The position numbers and the translations under genes were made by a program. The notes below the pieces were generated by a model. The model did no database searches. It worked only from the letters and a program-made list of their open reading frames with translations, and had not been told where the DNA came from. Below are positions 22,229 to 24,000 of a stretch of DNA of 24,000 nucleotides, piece by piece. Origin of the DNA: Candidatus Bathyarchaeota archaeon (GTDB lineage: Archaea; Thermoproteota; Bathyarchaeia; TCS64; CBFDTC01); the NCBI GenBank assembly GCA_965612785.1, contig CBFDTC010000002.1, positions 978 through 24,977 on the forward strand, given 5' to 3'. The first letter of the stretch is position 1; each line of letters begins with the position of its first letter.

Positions 22229-22512
22229 AGCCTCCTAACCCTCCTCTTAACCCTATCCTCAGGCCTCCCGACGAGCAGCTTCCCATCCACCTCGACGACC
22301 GTCCCGTCGGGAAGCCTGAACCTGAACGTGGAAACCGCCTTCGGGACCATCTTACGGCCCCTCTCGGTCTCTATGACGAGCATGTTCCTAGTCTCATCCA
22401 CCACGAGGCCCCTTATACCCACGTATCCCCTGTGAGTGCTCTTCGACACACGGGCCTCAAGCCCTATGAGCTCATGCCTGATTATGTTTCTGGGCGTTAT
22501 GGGGGTCATCAC
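22222..22512 (-). CDS. rnp1: RNase P protein component 1 (Rnp1 / Rpp29 / Pop4)
   Basis: [49 protein letters not shown]...[22 protein letters not shown] matches the family. It occupies the conserved position between L29 and S17. Confidence 0.88.
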   Translation of the reverse strand: MMTPITPRNIIRHELIGLEARVSKSTHRGYVGIRGLVVDETRNMLVIETERGRKMVPKAVSTFRFRLPDGTVVEVDGKLLVGRPEDRVKRRVRRLW

Positions 22513-22721
22513 CGGGACCTCCCAACCTCCTCCTCACGCATTATGGTGAGAAGCCTGGCTATGGCCCTGCGGAGCTCCCTGATCCTGGCGGGGTTCTCCA
22601 CCGAGCCCCCGGCCTTGACCACGGCCCTGAGCTTCATCAACTCAGTCCTCAACTCCCTGAGCTTCTTCACCCTCTCCTCGGGCTTCATCTTCCTTATCTC
22701 TGACGGCCTTAGGATCGGCAT
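22509..22721 (-). CDS. rpl29: Ribosomal protein L29 (uL29)
   Basis: [56 protein letters not shown] matches the family. Confidence 0.9.
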   Translation of the reverse strand: MPILRPSEIRKMKPEERVKKLRELRTELMKLRAVVKAGGSVENPARIRELRRAIARLLTIMREEEVGRSR

Positions 22722-22723
22722 GT

Positions 22724-23380
22724 CTATTCGACCTCCTCGGGAGGCGTTCCCTCACCCTCCTCTACCACGAACTCCTCCTCGGACACGGGTCTCTTTATCT
22801 CAACCCTGTCCGGGAACTCCGCACCAGGGGGGAGTATACGAACCTTTATTCCGTAAACGCCGGGTTTGAGCTTAGCGTGAACGGTGGCCTTCCTCACGTA
22901 CCTCATGGCAGGCTCCCCAGCCTTCGGCAGGTACCCGGCCGTGACCTTCTCGAACCTCGACCTGTCGCTCCTCAACTTACCGCTGACGACTATCTCAGCC
23001 CCCATAGCCCCAGCCTCCATTATACGCCTAAGGGCCCAGAATATGGCCCTCCTGTAGTGGACACCCCTCTCCAAGGCTGAGGCTATCCGTGAGGCCATTA
23101 TGTACGGGTTGAGCTCCGGAACCTCCACCTCGACGACGGTTATCTGAGGGTTCTTCAACCCGAACTTCGTCTCAAGCTCCTCGGCGAGCTCCTTTATGCC
23201 CGTGCCGTGTCTCCCGATTATCCTCCCAGGCCTCATGACGTGGAGGACCACGTAGGTTCCGAGTGGGGTTTCGGTTATCGTGACCCCTCCGAAACCTGCG
23301 TCGCTGTACTTCTCCGCCAGGTACTCCTCAAGCTTCATCCTGAGCTTAGCCTTCTCTATGAAGTATCTCAGCCTACTCAA
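22724..23380 (-). CDS. rps3: Ribosomal protein S3 (uS3)
   Basis: It has a KH domain ([14 protein letters not shown]), then [11 protein letters not shown]...R...F..G, and an acidic C-terminal tail. The TTG start overlaps the L22 stop. Confidence 0.92.
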   Translation of the reverse strand: MSRLRYFIEKAKLRMKLEEYLAEKYSDAGFGGVTITETPLGTYVVLHVMRPGRIIGRHGTGIKELAEELETKFGLKNPQITVVEVEVPELNPYIMASRIASALERGVHYRRAIFWALRRIMEAGAMGAEIVVSGKLRSDRSRFEKVTAGYLPKAGEPAMRYVRKATVHAKLKPGVYGIKVRILPPGAEFPDRVEIKRPVSEEEFVVEEGEGTPPEEVE

Positions 23381-23838
23381 ACCTCCTCCACCACCACCTC
23401 TATGTGCGTCAGCTGCTCGTTCCAGGGAGAGGCCCTTCCGAAGGCCCGTGGCATATAGCCTCTAATCTTGGTTCCCTTCTGAGCTGCTATGTGTATTATC
23501 TTAAGCCTCTCCGTGTCCAGGCCCTTGAAGTCCGCGTTCGCCTCCGCGTTCTCCAAGACCTTCAGTATCTCCTTGGCCGCCTTCACGGGATACTTGCCCG
23601 CGTAGAAGCCTTGAAGGCCACGCCTGTGAGCCTGCTTCTTCTTGAACCTCCTGAACGGGACGGGGCGCTTCTTGGCTATGACCTCCTCCAGGAACCTCTT
23701 GGCATCCTGGAGCATCATCCCCCTTATGGCGTTGCAAACCTCGACGGCGGCCTTGTACGAAATCCTCAGGTCCCTACCGCTGGCTAAGGCTGTCCTGTCG
23801 GGGTCCAGCTCCGAGACCGAGTACCTCCACGTCGGCAT
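23377..23838 (-). CDS. rpl22: Ribosomal protein L22 (uL22)
   Basis: [45 protein letters not shown]....AHRRG...[22 protein letters not shown] matches the family. ATG 23838 (MPTWRYSV...) is preferred over the track's TTG at 23871. Confidence 0.9.
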   Translation of the reverse strand: MPTWRYSVSELDPDRTALASGRDLRISYKAAVEVCNAIRGMMLQDAKRFLEEVIAKKRPVPFRRFKKKQAHRRGLQGFYAGKYPVKAAKEILKVLENAEANADFKGLDTERLKIIHIAAQKGTKIRGYMPRAFGRASPWNEQLTHIEVVVEEV

Positions 23839-23867
23839 CCTGTTTCGACCACAAACAAATGTTCGAG

Positions 23868-23879
23868 GCAATAAAAACG
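23868..23879 (-). promoter_or_regulatory. TATA-like box (minus strand CGTTTTTATTGC) upstream of rpl22, the likely start of the L22-to-L5 transcription unit
   Basis: This is the only A/T-rich element in the 114-nt divergent gap. It is centred about 36 nt upstream of ATG 23838. No S19 or L2 gene lies upstream, unlike in the classical S10-like operon. Confidence 0.45.
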
Positions 23880-23952
23880 TTATCGAGCTTCCCTCAAACC
23901 ATAGCCTGAATAAACTATTTATGGTGTATCCTCATTCTAATACGAGTTTGCC

Positions 23953-24000
23953 ATGAGCTCGAAAGCCAAGGCCACGGCGTTTATAGCCATGATGGCGGCC
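23953..24000 (+). CDS. 5' end of an unidentified gene (16 codons, runs off the window)
   Basis: ATG 23953 opens MSSKAKATAFIAMMAA..., which stays in frame to the window edge. An A/T-rich GAATAAACTATTTATGG lies upstream at 23908-23924. The fragment is too short to identify. Confidence 0.3.
   Translation, partial: MSSKAKATAFIAMMAA

Noticed and set aside
1-24000. CRISPR arrays, IS elements or transposases, rRNA genes, and intact proviruses or defence islands
   Set aside because: I saw no spaced direct-repeat arrays, no transposase- or integrase-like ORFs, and no rRNA-like sequence. The window is almost entirely conserved housekeeping genes.

Overview
This 24-kb window looks like a core chromosomal segment from a high-G+C hyperthermophilic archaeon. 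It is most consistent with a crenarchaeon (Thermoproteota), but I cannot name the species from sequence alone. The supporting traits are short or absent 5' leaders with TATA-like boxes about 25-35 nt upstream of start codons, 4-nt ATGA/GTGA/TTGA overlaps between genes, heavy AGG/AAG/GAG/ATA codon use, and a cbf5 gene interrupted by a bulge-helix-bulge (BHB) intron.

Almost all of the window is information-processing genes.
- Left end: cbf5 (minus strand, interrupted), tRNA-Gly(CCC), a zinc-ribbon/coiled-coil protein and a small membrane protein.
- A minus-strand block: radical-SAM enzyme, 8-Cys small protein, Trm5-family methyltransferase.
- aIF5A and deoxyhypusine synthase, an Hsp20-like ORF, a PbaB/PAC2-type proteasome chaperone with a C-terminal HbYX motif, and SRP54.
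- L21e, RpoF, DUF655, L10e, Dph2, a METTL5-like methyltransferase, Csl4, RpoL, DUF99 and TFS.
- A tightly packed PCNA-PriL-PriS-Gins15-L44e-S27e-aIF2alpha-Nop10 unit.
- A minus-strand ribosomal-protein block: L22-S3-L29-Rpp29-S17-L14-L24-S4e-L5.

I saw no rRNA, CRISPR array, IS element or intact provirus. The most notable observations are listed here.
1. A 23-nt canonical BHB intron sits exactly inside the catalytic GHGGTL|DPKVTG motif of cbf5.
2. An uncharacterised radical-SAM plus 8-Cys small protein plus Trm5-like gene block.
3. An atypical-codon RHH-like ORF reads antisense through tRNA-Gly, possibly a remnant of an integrated element.
4. Two compositionally odd non-coding stretches, at 1446-1741 and 14518-14843.
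5. An Hsp20-like ORF has an upstream sHsp-like extension with no canonical start codon.

The supplied ORF track treats GTG and TTG as starts, so several start coordinates are my best choices and remain uncertain. The many long alternative-frame and antisense ORFs are high-GC shadow ORFs. All calls come from reading the sequence and recognising protein motifs by eye. No searches or folding programs were run.
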